Of a stretch of 64,000 nt of DNA, positions 51,481 to 63,100 are shown one piece after another (position 1 is the first letter of the stretch; every line of letters begins with the position of its first letter). Location: assembly GCF_964204645.1 (NCBI RefSeq), contig NC_134036.1, positions 3,782,001-3,846,000 on the forward strand, in the 5' to 3' direction. Position numbers and translations under genes: made by a program. The DNA is from Tubulanus polymorphus (Eukaryota > Animalia > Nemertea). The notes under the pieces are model-generated. The model worked only from the letters and a program-made list of their open reading frames with translations, ran no database searches and had not been told where the DNA came from.

Positions 51481-52745
51481 TACCAACACAGTGCAGGGTT
51501 CAGTAACTGAAAGGTTGTTTAATGTAAAGCAGTGTTCAAATACCGCGGTACAGGGGTCAGTTACTGAAAGGTTGTTTAATGTAAAGCAGTGTTCAAATAC
51601 CGCGGTACAGGGGTCAGTTACTGAAAGGCTGTTTAATGTAAAGCAGTGTTCAAATACCACGGTACAGGGGTCAGTTACTGAAAGGCTGTTTAATGTAAAG
51701 CAGTGTTCAAATACCCCGGTGCAGTCGTCAGTTACTGAAAGGTTGTTTAATTTAAAGCAGTGTTCAAATACCGCGGTACAGGGGTCAGTTACTGAAAGGC
51801 TGTTTAATGTAAAGCAGTGTTTAAATACCGCGGTACAGGGGTCAGTTACTGAAAGGCTGTTTAATGTAAAGCAGTGTTCAAATACCGCGGTACAGGGTTC
51901 AGTTACTGAAAGATTGTTTTATGTAAACCAGTGTTTAAATACCGCGGTACAGGGGTCAGTTACTGAAAGGTTGTTTAATGTAAAGCAGTGTTCAAATACC
52001 CCGGTGCAGGGGTCAGTTACTGAAAGGTTGTTTAATATAAAGCAGTGTTTATATACCCCGGTACAGGGTTCAATTACTGAAAGGTTGTTTAATGTAAAGC
52101 GGTGTTCAAATACCGCGGTACAGGGTTCAGTTACTGAAAGATTGTTTAATGTAAACCAGTGTTTAAATACTGCGGTACAGGGATCAGTTACTGAAAGGTT
52201 GTTTAATGTAAAGCAGTGTTCAAATACCGCGGTACAGGGGTCAGTTACTGAAAGGTTGTTTTATGTAAAGCAGTGTTCAAATACCGCGGTACAGGGTTCA
52301 GTTACTGAAAGGTTGTTTAATGTAAACCAGTGTTCAAATACCGCTGTACAGGGGTCAGTTACCGAAAGATTTTTTGATGTAAACCAGTTTTTAATTCCGT
52401 GGTACAGGGGTCAGTTACTGAAAGGCTGTTTAATGTAATCCAGTGTTTAAATACCGCGGTACGGGGGTCAGTTACTGAAAGGTTGTTTAATGCAAACCAG
52501 TGTTTAAATACCGCGGCACAGGGGTCAGTTACTGAAAGATTGTTTAATGTAAACCAGTGTTTGAATACCGCGGTACGGGGGTCAGTTACTGAAAGGTTGT
52601 TTAATGTAAACCAGTGTTTAAATACCGCGGTACGGGGGTCAGTTACTGAAAGATTGTTTAATGGAAACCAGTGTTTGAAATACAAAAGTACATGAGGTCA
52701 GTCGTTTGAAGGTTGTTCCATGTTTACCGGTGTCTAAATAACTCG
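51481..52745. repeat. 57-bp minisatellite (~21 units), reverse orientation of the 7.7-kb array
   Basis: Unit TACCGCGGTACAGGGGTCAGTTACTGAAAGGTTGTTTAATGTAAAGCAGTGTTCAAA. Confidence 0.95.
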
Positions 52746-53602
52746 GTATTTGGTGTAATTTCTAGACTATTGCATTGTTCGGTTTATTATGCCAATTACT
52801 ATTATGTCTGATTGCCCGTTGTTAATGCGTATTTCTAATATCGGGTTCTTCGCACTTTAAACGCGAAACAATTCGTGTCTATACGAACATTAACAACGAA
52901 TATTTCACGAACAATTTTTTTTCCCCTGACGAACAAAAATGACGTATACATGATACGAATAATAATTTCATACACCAAAAAAGTATATCCAGGCAACAGT
53001 CACCGAACGACCTAGTTCCGTAGCTGTGAATTTGACTCGGGATTTGACTCGGGAGTCGACTCTCTGAAGTTGAACTTGCTATAATATACAGAGTTAACTA
53101 TAAACTCGAAACTGTGGCACTGGGTCTACAATGAATATAACCAATTGACGAATTACGCGGAAATGCCCCGCACATCCAGGTGTCCGGCAGGTGTCTATCG
53201 AGTGCCTGGTGTGTCAAGCAAACCATTTTGAGGTCTAGTGCACGCATCTGGCACCAAGCTTGCGTTTTGGCATTATATACGAAAAAAATCTCCGATCCTA
53301 TGGGATTTGCAAAATATGAATAGTCAATAATACCGCCCTTGAATTTGCATCTTTTTAAAAGTTGGATTCGGTGTTACATTACATGCGCTTTAGTAGCAAT
53401 GTAACAGCATTATCGTAGATATCAAGTTACATTAATCCGTTTACCGTTGAAATACAGTGATCTAAACAGCTATGTAACAGCACAGTCGATGCTCAAGTTA
53501 CATTATCCTTGCATCTGTAGAAATACGCCTGCCCACACAGCAAAGTAACAGCACTCTACAGATTGAAATGAAATCAGCCCGATGTTACGATTTTTTTAGT
53601 AA

Positions 53603-53870
53603 CAGGGGCGGATCTAGGGTCTGACTCAGGAGGGAATGCATCCCCAAAATAGGGGATCACATATCACGAAATTGAATGGGCACCCCGGAAAGAAAGCTCA
53701 ACGGAAAACATTTACTAGTTTCTAGAAATACAGCTTAAATGAAATTCAATAGGACAAGCGTTACATGAATTTAAACTTTTGTGGGTAGCGATTTAAATTT
53801 CATGGCAACTTGACGTTTTAGGGAGGGAGGGGTTGCGCGCTCTCCTTACACCCCCTAGGGTCCGCCCCTG
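53603..53870. mobile_element. MITE with CAGGGGCGGATC-type TIRs, just downstream of the NEK stop (related element 21612-21912)
   Basis: CAGGGGCGGATCTAGGG ... CCCTAGGGTCCGCCCCTG. Confidence 0.8.
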
Positions 53871-53999
53871 AGCAACACGTTCTGAAAACTGAACACATAC
53901 GAGTCGAGGAAACAGTTTATCCTCCTAAACAGTCACGCAATCAATGAATAGACTGTAATAATTAAAAACATCCAGACACTATAAAACATGTAAGCGGTG

Positions 54000-54179
54000 T
54001 CATTGTATTATGCAGACTTTGCTTTCTTTTTGAGCTGCCGGTGCGCTGGCTAGTTTCTTCGTCGTCGTCTGCGTTCGGTTGAACGTCCAGTGGCTGTTTC
54101 CGGCTGTTCGTTGGTCTTTGATTCGCTGTTCGCGAGCGTTCATTCTCATCTGTTCCGATTGAACTTTCAGAAGTTGTTC
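54000..54179 (-). CDS. NEK8: NEK8/9-like terminal coding exon ending in CaaX (..QKESKVCIIQ*)
   Basis: gcgtag| acceptor, phase 0, continues the coiled coil (EQLLKVQSEQMR), 59 aa plus TGA. Confidence 0.85.
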   Translation of the reverse strand, partial: EQLLKVQSEQMRMNAREQRIKDQRTAGNSHWTFNRTQTTTKKLASAPAAQKESKVCIIQ

Positions 54180-57100
54180 CTACGCGAATGAATGAATGAA
54201 TGAATGAATGAATGAATGAAATTACAGTTTATGTCAGTTCATATTGAAAGTTATTCAGAATGAGAAGGTCGTCGTAAATGACTAATCAGAATTTTACTGA
54301 ATCGTTGAAGTTATTGAGAATGAGAAGGTCGTCGTAAATGACTAATCATAATTTTACTGAATCGTTGAAGTCATTGAGAATGAAGTCGTCGGTAGTAACT
54401 AATCATAGTTTTACTGAATCCTTGAAGTTATTGAGAATGAGAGGGTAGTCATCAGTAACTAATCACAATTTGACTGAATCCTTAAAGTTATAGAGAATGA
54501 GAAGGTCATCATTGGTAACTAATCATATTTTGACTGAATCCTTAAAGTTATTGAGAATGGGTAGGTCGTCATTAGTAACTAATCATAATTTTACTGCACC
54601 GTTGAATTTATCGAGAATGAGACGATCGTTGTTAGTAACTAATCATAATTTTCTGAATAATCTTATTGAATCGCTGAATTTATCGAGAATGAGAAGGTTG
54701 TTGCTAATCATAATTTTACTGAATCGTAGAAGCTATCGAGAATGAGAAGGTCGTCGATAATTTTACTGAACGACATCTTCGATAGCAACTAATGAAGATT
54801 TCGTCGTTACCGCATCACTAACCTGTAATTCTAATACTAGATTATAGTTATCTTTCAGTTTCATGTTCTGCTCGCTGAATTGTCCGCGCAGAGAATCGAT
54901 CTCGTTGAGCAGCTGTTTCTCGCGTTGTTTCGCCATCTCCTCCGACTCGCGGCGCAGTTGCTCCTTCTGGCGGTCGTGCTCCTCCTCCATTTGGCGCAGG
55001 CGCGTTTCGATGTTCATTTTCTCGGCCTTCAAACGCTCGAGCTCGCTCTGCAAAAGTATCGCGTCCCAAGAGGAAAAAAAAGAGGTGAAAACCGCGCGGA
55101 GAGATCGGCGGCGGGGCGGGTGTACCCTAGCTACTGCGTAAGCCGAACTGCGTATTTTCTTTTTTATAGTTAGGTAAAAATAAAATTATGAAACGAAAAC
55201 GTTTTTTCGAAAAAAGAAAGACAATGACTTTTTGTCGGTTAGCTTGAAAAAATTGAAAAGAAAAATCTCTATTCTCGTCGAGAACCGGACACCGTTAACT
55301 TAAAGATCCGAGACAAATTTTTGGTCTCTAGAATTCGAGCCGATTAAATTGATTATTCGATGTTTTCGTAATTACCCAGGGCCTGGTTTCATAGACTGAG
55401 TATCGAAGTTATCCCTAGGGGTAAATCCTCAATCTGAGTAACAACCACCATGGTTACAATGAGAAACCATGGTAATAACTGACAAATTTCAAAATGTTCC
55501 CGGAGACTATTTTTCTTCCACATCTATAAAACCCAGCCCAGTTGTATAGCCGCACAAACAGATCGTGCCTCGTAAAATAGCTCCGAATTCCCCGTAAAAT
55601 AAAAAGAAATCATCCGCATTGAACCGGCTCTACTACTGCCGTCGTCGTCGTGCGACCACTCACCTGTATCATGTCCTCTTTTGAATGACGCAGCGACGTT
55701 TTACATTGCGAGCGAATTTTCTGCAGCGGTTTCTGAGACGGCGTCGGACTGGTTCTACCCTTGTATGCGCCTGCGCCGCCAGTCAGCTTACGAACACCGG
55801 ACGCCGGACAAACGCTGATCTTCGCCATCTTTTCGTCGACGCTCCCGCTGCGAATAGGCAATAGAAATTATTGTGAGTGAATTATATAATTTCACTGAAT
55901 TGCTCGAGTTTTGAGAATCATAATTTTACTGAATCGTTGAAGTTATCGAGAATGAGAAGGTCGTCATTGGTAACTCATCGGAATTTTACTGAATCGTTGA
56001 AGTTATCGAGAATGAGAAGGTCATCATTAGTAACTACTCGTAATTTTACTGAATCGTTGAAGTTATTCAGAATGAGAAGATCTTTAGTAACTAATCATAA
56101 TTTTACTGAATCATTGAAGTTATCGAGAATGAGACGATCGTTGTTAGTAACTAATTATCATTTTACTGAATCGTTGAAGTCATTGATATTCACCTGGCGC
56201 CGATAGTTTCCGATGAGGAACTTGATGATAGCGGGTTGACCGGCGTGAATTCGATCATTCTACGGCAATCGTCACCGGACGGCGCTGTAACACCCTCGCA
56301 CACTAGTTCCTCGCCCGGATGGTGACGATGTTTCGATTTATGTTTATCTAAAGAAAAAGAAAATGCAATGCCTACCTAATAAATGTCTGGTGTTTGTAGT
56401 TCATTTGTGAAGTACTGAACACATGTGAAGTGTCGACAATCAGATTTCGAAACTGATGAGGAAATGTCAGATGTTTGTAGTTCATTTTTGATCAAAAATG
56501 TGAAGGTGAAGCACTTAACACGTATGAACTGTGGAAGGTCAGATTTCAGAAGTGTGATATCATGTCTAATGTCTGGTGTTCGTAGTTCATTTTCGATTAA
56601 AAATTTTCTCAGGTGAAGCACTGAACACGTGTGAACTGTAGACGATCATTTTTCGAAATTGTGATGAAATGTCGGTCTGGTGTTCGTAGTTCATTTTCTA
56701 ACAGAAATGTGGGTGATGTGCAGAATCCGGGCTGTAGATTGACACTAACATTAAATCATCTTTCAGGAATCTACTTAACCCTTTCAGAGCTGACCGATAA
56801 ATACCGTGGACCCAGTTCCACAGTTCCGAGTTAAAATTTGACTCCGAGTTAAAACATTGAAAATGAACTAATTTTAACAGGGAGTTAACTCTAACTCACA
56901 ACTCTGGAACCGGATCCCGAAATGCTGGAGATAATTTGAAAATCTAAAAAAATAACACCCCCATCGCGTTGAATAACGGGCATACTGTTAACTACTAATA
57001 TTTTACTATGTTTGAAAGGCGCTGCCATCTTTCCTTAAAAATAAAATCTAATTACTGATTACATCAATACTCCCTGTTGCGGTGTACTTGCAAAGTCCAT

Positions 57101-60100
57101 CGCCGATTTATACACCGCACTGCGGTGTAGCTGCACTGAATTGGTCGATATGACTATGTTATAAGCATACACACCTTGTTTACTGTGATTACTGTGATAA
57201 GCCGAGTCAATACCGGTCGACGACCGCCGAGTCGTCCTCGTTTCGGTCGACTGTATCTCCGACGACGCCAGCTCTTGACGGATCCAAGTCGGTATCTGAA
57301 AAGAACCCAAAAAGAAAAATCGTGAAAAAGCATTTCGGGCAAAAACTATATCAGGGGCTGCAGTTGCTGTAAAGTCGGTTAAAGATAACCGGCGGATAAA
57401 TGCCATAGTAACAATGAACTTTTGATTGTCACTCTAAGCAACTTTTGAGCTACTGGCCCCAGACTGTCACTGGTTCATTTGGGATCAAATTTCCTTCTCA
57501 GCCACGCTGAAGTGGGCACTCCGACAGGTATGGGCATCAACTTAATTAGACGACAGAACCAGCTCTAACTATTCCTTTTTAGACTATGAATTCTATTCGT
57601 AATATAGATTTTCGTTAAAATCACTCGCTCCTAGCGCCACCTATTTGTTGCGGTGCGTATGAATAGTTCCGGAGCGTGTTCATTAAGTTATAGCAGCCTC
57701 AGCTTTGACTAGTTCGCCACCTACCAAATTACAACGAGTTCGTGTCAGCTGCCAGCAGAATGCGCCTGAGGCTAATGAGCAAAATGATGATATTCAAAAC
57801 AGTTCATTCTGACAGTTTCAAAGTTTTTCAAACTACACTTAATGATCAGATCACCGAAAAAAGTTTAGTCAAAATGAACTGTTTAATAAGGGCGCCCACT
57901 TTCCTCCCATATGCAAATTCCCTGAGTTTTCGCTGATTTTCTCCGCGAAACTACACAAAATCCACACCGTGCGAATCCGGGAAATTTCTAGGTTTAAAAT
58001 GTTACAATTCATTCATTTTTCCTTGAATCACTTACAGATAAACAAACATTAACATTATCCGAATTCCCCGAGCTTTCCAGGTTTTTGGCACAATTTATCA
58101 AATTCACTGAGTTTTCCAGAGGTTTTCCAGGACTGTCAGAGGCCACCCCATTCAGATATCATCAACTGCAGGTTTTACTCATTAACTTCGATGAAATCCC
58201 GAGATCAATATCAATCAGTCGCGTGTGAACCTATCGTCTGCTGTCCAGCCGAACTAGACGAATGAAGAAGAGTTTTAAAGTTTTATCGTCGCTCACCGTT
58301 CCCATCGTGTCGATCTCCGACGTCTCCGACGAGTACTCGTCGCCGCCCTCGCGACTCGACAGCGAATGATTCGGCTTCGTCGTGTCGGGCAGCGGCAGCA
58401 CGTTCGAGCTGCTGACCCGTCGACGGAAACTTTTCTTCTTTCGATTCCTGCAACGTGACACACGCAACACGCAATGAGTACCGTTTAAAAATACAGGAAA
58501 ACCCAATTATGTACTTCCATTTAAAAATATTCTGTGAACTCGACCGCCGATCACACAACTATATATGTACTTCGATTTCCGATTTCAAAATTAAACCGCC
58601 TGTTTCGCTCCCGGCAGGTGTGGTGGGTTTGTAAGGGACACTCAATCAAAAAAATCAAACGGAATTTACCAACCAACTGAATAAATAACGGGGACAATCC
58701 CTATTTTAAGATCGAAAAAGAAAAAAAAAAAACATCTCAGTTAGGTTTCCTACGAATCGGTCGTTCCTGGATACAAGTGTTTTTAATAAGTTGTAAAAGA
58801 GAAAATTTCAAATTTCCAGGAATTGTCTGCAACACTTTCATACCTCAATTACAGGAGACTCATCCTTAATCTCTAGTGTTTATCTCAGTACACTGGTAAT
58901 TTAGTGGTTTTGTAAGGAAGTGTTTATCCTATACACTACCAGGGGCCAGTTGCTCAAAAGTTGGTTAAAGATAACCGGTGGATAAATACCATAGCAACAA
59001 TGAAATTTCAATTGTCACTATGTTAACTATCCACTGGTTAACTCTAGCCAACTTTCGAGCAACTGGCCCCAGGTCACTAAACTTGTTTTTTCATTTGGTA
59101 ACCGCCTAATTGGGTCGAGAATAAATCCTGGTTCCAACTGTACACACATCATATACCGGGTAATTGCCTACTTTTCAAAATTGAACGCGTTACAGGCATT
59201 TTGTTCAAATTAAAGGAGTTTCAAGCGACTTTAAAACATTTTCTGTTAATAAGAGGTATGATATAAGATTTGATGAGGTGGGCCACCAAAATCCTGACTC
59301 ACTTGGAGTGAGCTTACGGGTTTGAATCCTGCTGTAACCATTTTGTGAAGTAGACGAAAAGAGAGTCAAGGTGGTTTGGGGCGACTTGAGGAGTGATAGG
59401 CGCAACTTTTGACCATATATACATGGAGAACGCCGGTGGATTGCAAGTATTTTTCGAATTCATCATTCTCGGATTTGTTGTTTCTACTCACCGCCGTTTC
59501 GGGGGTGGAGCCGTCGTTTCGACTTGCACGAACAGGTTTTCGCCGTGGCAGATGAAGTTCGATAGACTGACGCTCTCCAGTTGTTGTTGATCGGCGCCTT
59601 GCGGTGGCGCTTTCGACATCAACCTGCAGTCAAAATGAGAACAACACGACGATGACGATGATGTCATAGGTGCTTTATAGCGATACCGATCTATGGATTT
59701 ATAGAGGAAGCCATGAGCTAAACGCTCGCAGTACCGTAGAATATGCGTCGGAAACAGAATCAGTTCCTGATCTTCGCGATTCAACGAGAAATCCTTGTCT
59801 AAATTCGTCACGCTCGGCGTACGCAGCGGCGCGCTACCTACGAAAAAAATTTAAAAAAACAGCCGAAAATTATTGATGTGTGAAAAAAATAAATGATAAT
59901 ATAAAATCCCGTGAAATCTATATTTTCCAGGCATTCTTATAATCAGTAGATTTTAAGAGCTGTAACAGTGAACTTGTATCTTGGATCTGCAGATGATAAC
60001 TAATGACTGAAGACAATCAAAGGACAATGACAATGATTTAGGGAATTAAGACTCCATTCCACGATAATCGAGGCCTTGAATTGACCAGTTCATATTTCAA

Positions 60101-63100
60101 AACATTTAAGGACCTGCGAGGACTGCTATGAACCCTACTACGGGAATCGTGTGCCCTATTTCGACTTTTGAATATTTCCTATGACGAAAAAAGTAAATAT
60201 ACTGACTAAGCGGTCGAAATCCGAGTCGCGTGTCGCTGCTATTGCTGGTCGGTAAATCTAACGAACTTGAACACGGGTCGTGGGCGCCGCCACCGGTATC
60301 GCTTAAATGGCTGTCATTAGGTGGCGCTTTCGTCGACGAGGCCTCTTCCTGCTGTTGCTGGTGCTGGTCTACAACTGGAAGAAATACATTATTGATTACA
60401 GGGTCCCTACATATCAGTCATTGTTGGATATAAGGGGTTTTCAAGGAGTTTTAAAGGAGCAAATTTCAAATTTTTGAGGAAGCGTCTGCATCACTTAATA
60501 TCCTATAACGGTAAAATCCTCCTGAATTGGAACTGATTATCTGGTAGATTGGTTTTGTAAATGCAAATTTTTATCCTTTACACTACCTAACCTGAGTTTC
60601 TAATTCGGTTAATTCCTGGTCCGAACTGTACCGATTTGGGTGCAGTTTACTGCATAACTGAACAAAAATTTCTAATTGCCTGTTTCTAATTAAATTGAAG
60701 GAGTTTTAGGCATTTTGCTTAAATTAAAGCAGTTTCAACCAATTTTAAATGCATTTTCTGTCTAGGAGTTTTCAAGGAGTCAAGAAGTCGTATAGAGACC
60801 CAGGTCTAAGGAAATCTATTATTAGTCCAACATGATCTGAGCCAAGCGGAGACTAGTGAACTCATACCCGCGGCGTATCGTTAATTGTACTTACCGGTTT
60901 TATCGCCGAAGAACCCTCCTCCTCCACCGGCGCCGCTTCCCGAGTGGTTGAACTTGAAATTCGAACCGAAATCCGTTTTGCTGCCGCTCGACTCGTCGGG
61001 CGTCGACTGCGGCGGACATTTGAACCGTACGCCCCAGAAATACAGCTCGTTATCGTCGGTGCTGACCGACGTGAAGTGAGCTCCGCACTGAACTTGCTGA
61101 AACGATTAGAATTAGGTTTAGATTCATTGATTATAATGTTCAAAATGTAACTTAGGGTCTGTTTCTAAGAAGTGAACCATTTTCAGACTCCGTCCCTCAC
61201 AACCAGGGGACTGTTTCTGAAAATCGGGGGACAGTAAACTATTTCCAAAGACTGTTTCTGACAATCGGGGTACAGTTAACTATTTCCAAAGACGGTTCCT
61301 GACAATCAAGGGACAGTAAACTATTTCCAAAGACTGTTCCTGACAATCAGGGTACAGTAAACTATTTCCAAAGACTGTTCCTGACAATCAGGGGACAGGA
61401 AACTATTTCCAAAGACTGTTCCTGACAATCGGGGTACAGTAAACTATTTCCAAAGACTGTTCCTGACAATCAGGGGACAGTAAACTATTTCCAAAGACTG
61501 TTCCTGACAATCAGGGTACAGTAAACTTTTTCCAAAGACTGTTCCTGACAATCAGGGGACAGTAAACCATTTTCAGAGACTGTTCCTGACAATCAGGGGA
61601 CAGTAAACTATTTCCAAAGACTGTTCCTGACAATCAGGGTACAGTAAACCATTTTCAGAGATTGTTTCTGACAATCAGGGGGGAACAGTTGCAAATCAAG
61701 AATCCAATCAAAAGTGAAATCACACTTACCGTAACGACTCTATCTTTGAGAGCGCGCACCTCGACCGGGCCGTTTTGTGGTTTGATATCGCCGGACCCGA
61801 GTTGGCCCTCGCAGTTGCGACCGATCGTATAGACGTGCCCGGGCTCGACGAGTATCGCGCTGTGATCGGGTCCGAGCGATACGTCGACGACGCGATGACG
61901 CGTCAACGCTTTCACCAACGTCGGCGTTAAACGCTTCTCGACTTCGGTCTGCGGAGAAAACATGAGAACAAAGTGATATGAAATGATCGATCTCCGATGA
62001 CGTCAGCGTATGATGTCATCAGTATGATTAGGCATACAGTTGTATGCGCAAGCTCACGAGTAAGTGCTCTAATATTATCCAGGGTCCAGTTCCACAGTTC
62101 CGAGGTAAGATTTAACTCTGAGTTAACTCATTGAAAATGAACAAACTTTAACTCAGAGTTAACTCTAACTCACAACTGTGGAACTGGGTCCTGAGTATCA
62201 AAGTTTAAATGGATTTAACTATCTAAAACCCGGATAGATGAATCTACATCAATGAAGAAAAGTTACTCCATTATTTGAATGTGTAACAATATGTTTCCAT
62301 CCCTAAATACCACAACTTTTGATGATTTGAAAAAAAGTTCAGTTGGTAAGCATGGAACATCAATGTTTTATATCAACTGCCCGTCTGTGCTGGTCCTATT
62401 AAGATCTATATGTCTAACTAAACTGACTGAGCTAGGCCACACAAGCAAAGTTAAAATAGACAGTACACACTTAGGCCCTATGCTAAACGTATCCTTGCGA
62501 ACGCACCTTGTTGAAGATATTCTTCATCGCCATCAGGAAGCCTTGACGATGATTCAAGCCGAGTTTGTTGAAGCAGTTGCTGCCGAACGCGAGCACGCTG
62601 CCGACGTCTGTCAGCAACATCGTGCCGTCGTCGCCGCAGTAGACTTCGCGCGCGAACACCGGCTCCGAGATCGTTACCTCCTGCGGGAAACAACTGAAAC
62701 CAAGAACGGACGTTACGAGCATTTCATCTTAACACACCCGAAAAACTTGGCGTCTCCCTTTATAGTGGCAGTTTTCAGCACAAATCGTGAAATTTTGACA
62801 TCGAAAATGGTAATTTATTGAAAATAAACAAGAATCGTTCTGATTTTTAGAGCGTTTTGATAATTTTGGTAGAACTTGAGCTCTTAAAAGTGATTACCTT
62901 AAAATTCTAACGACAGTCAGGCCTAGATCTGTCTTAATACTAGCGGACTACCGAAGCCTAAAAACAAGTCTACACGGAGCCATCCTTCGATCTCTCCACG
63001 GATACGTAACGATTCGCATATTCTCGGAGTCACCGTCAATCGGAAACATATGCTCAAATTGCCAATTTGTATTCCTAACTCTATTCGCTAAGCGTATGTT

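Noticed and set aside
51467-52438. 323-aa ORF of 19-aa repeats
   Set aside because: Translation of the 57-bp minisatellite, which also occurs inverted inside a protogenin intron.
62279-62821. Plus-strand 180-aa ORF and similar plus-strand ORFs over exons (e.g. 8486-9016, 54863-55173)
   Set aside because: Antisense shadows of GC3-rich minus-strand exons.
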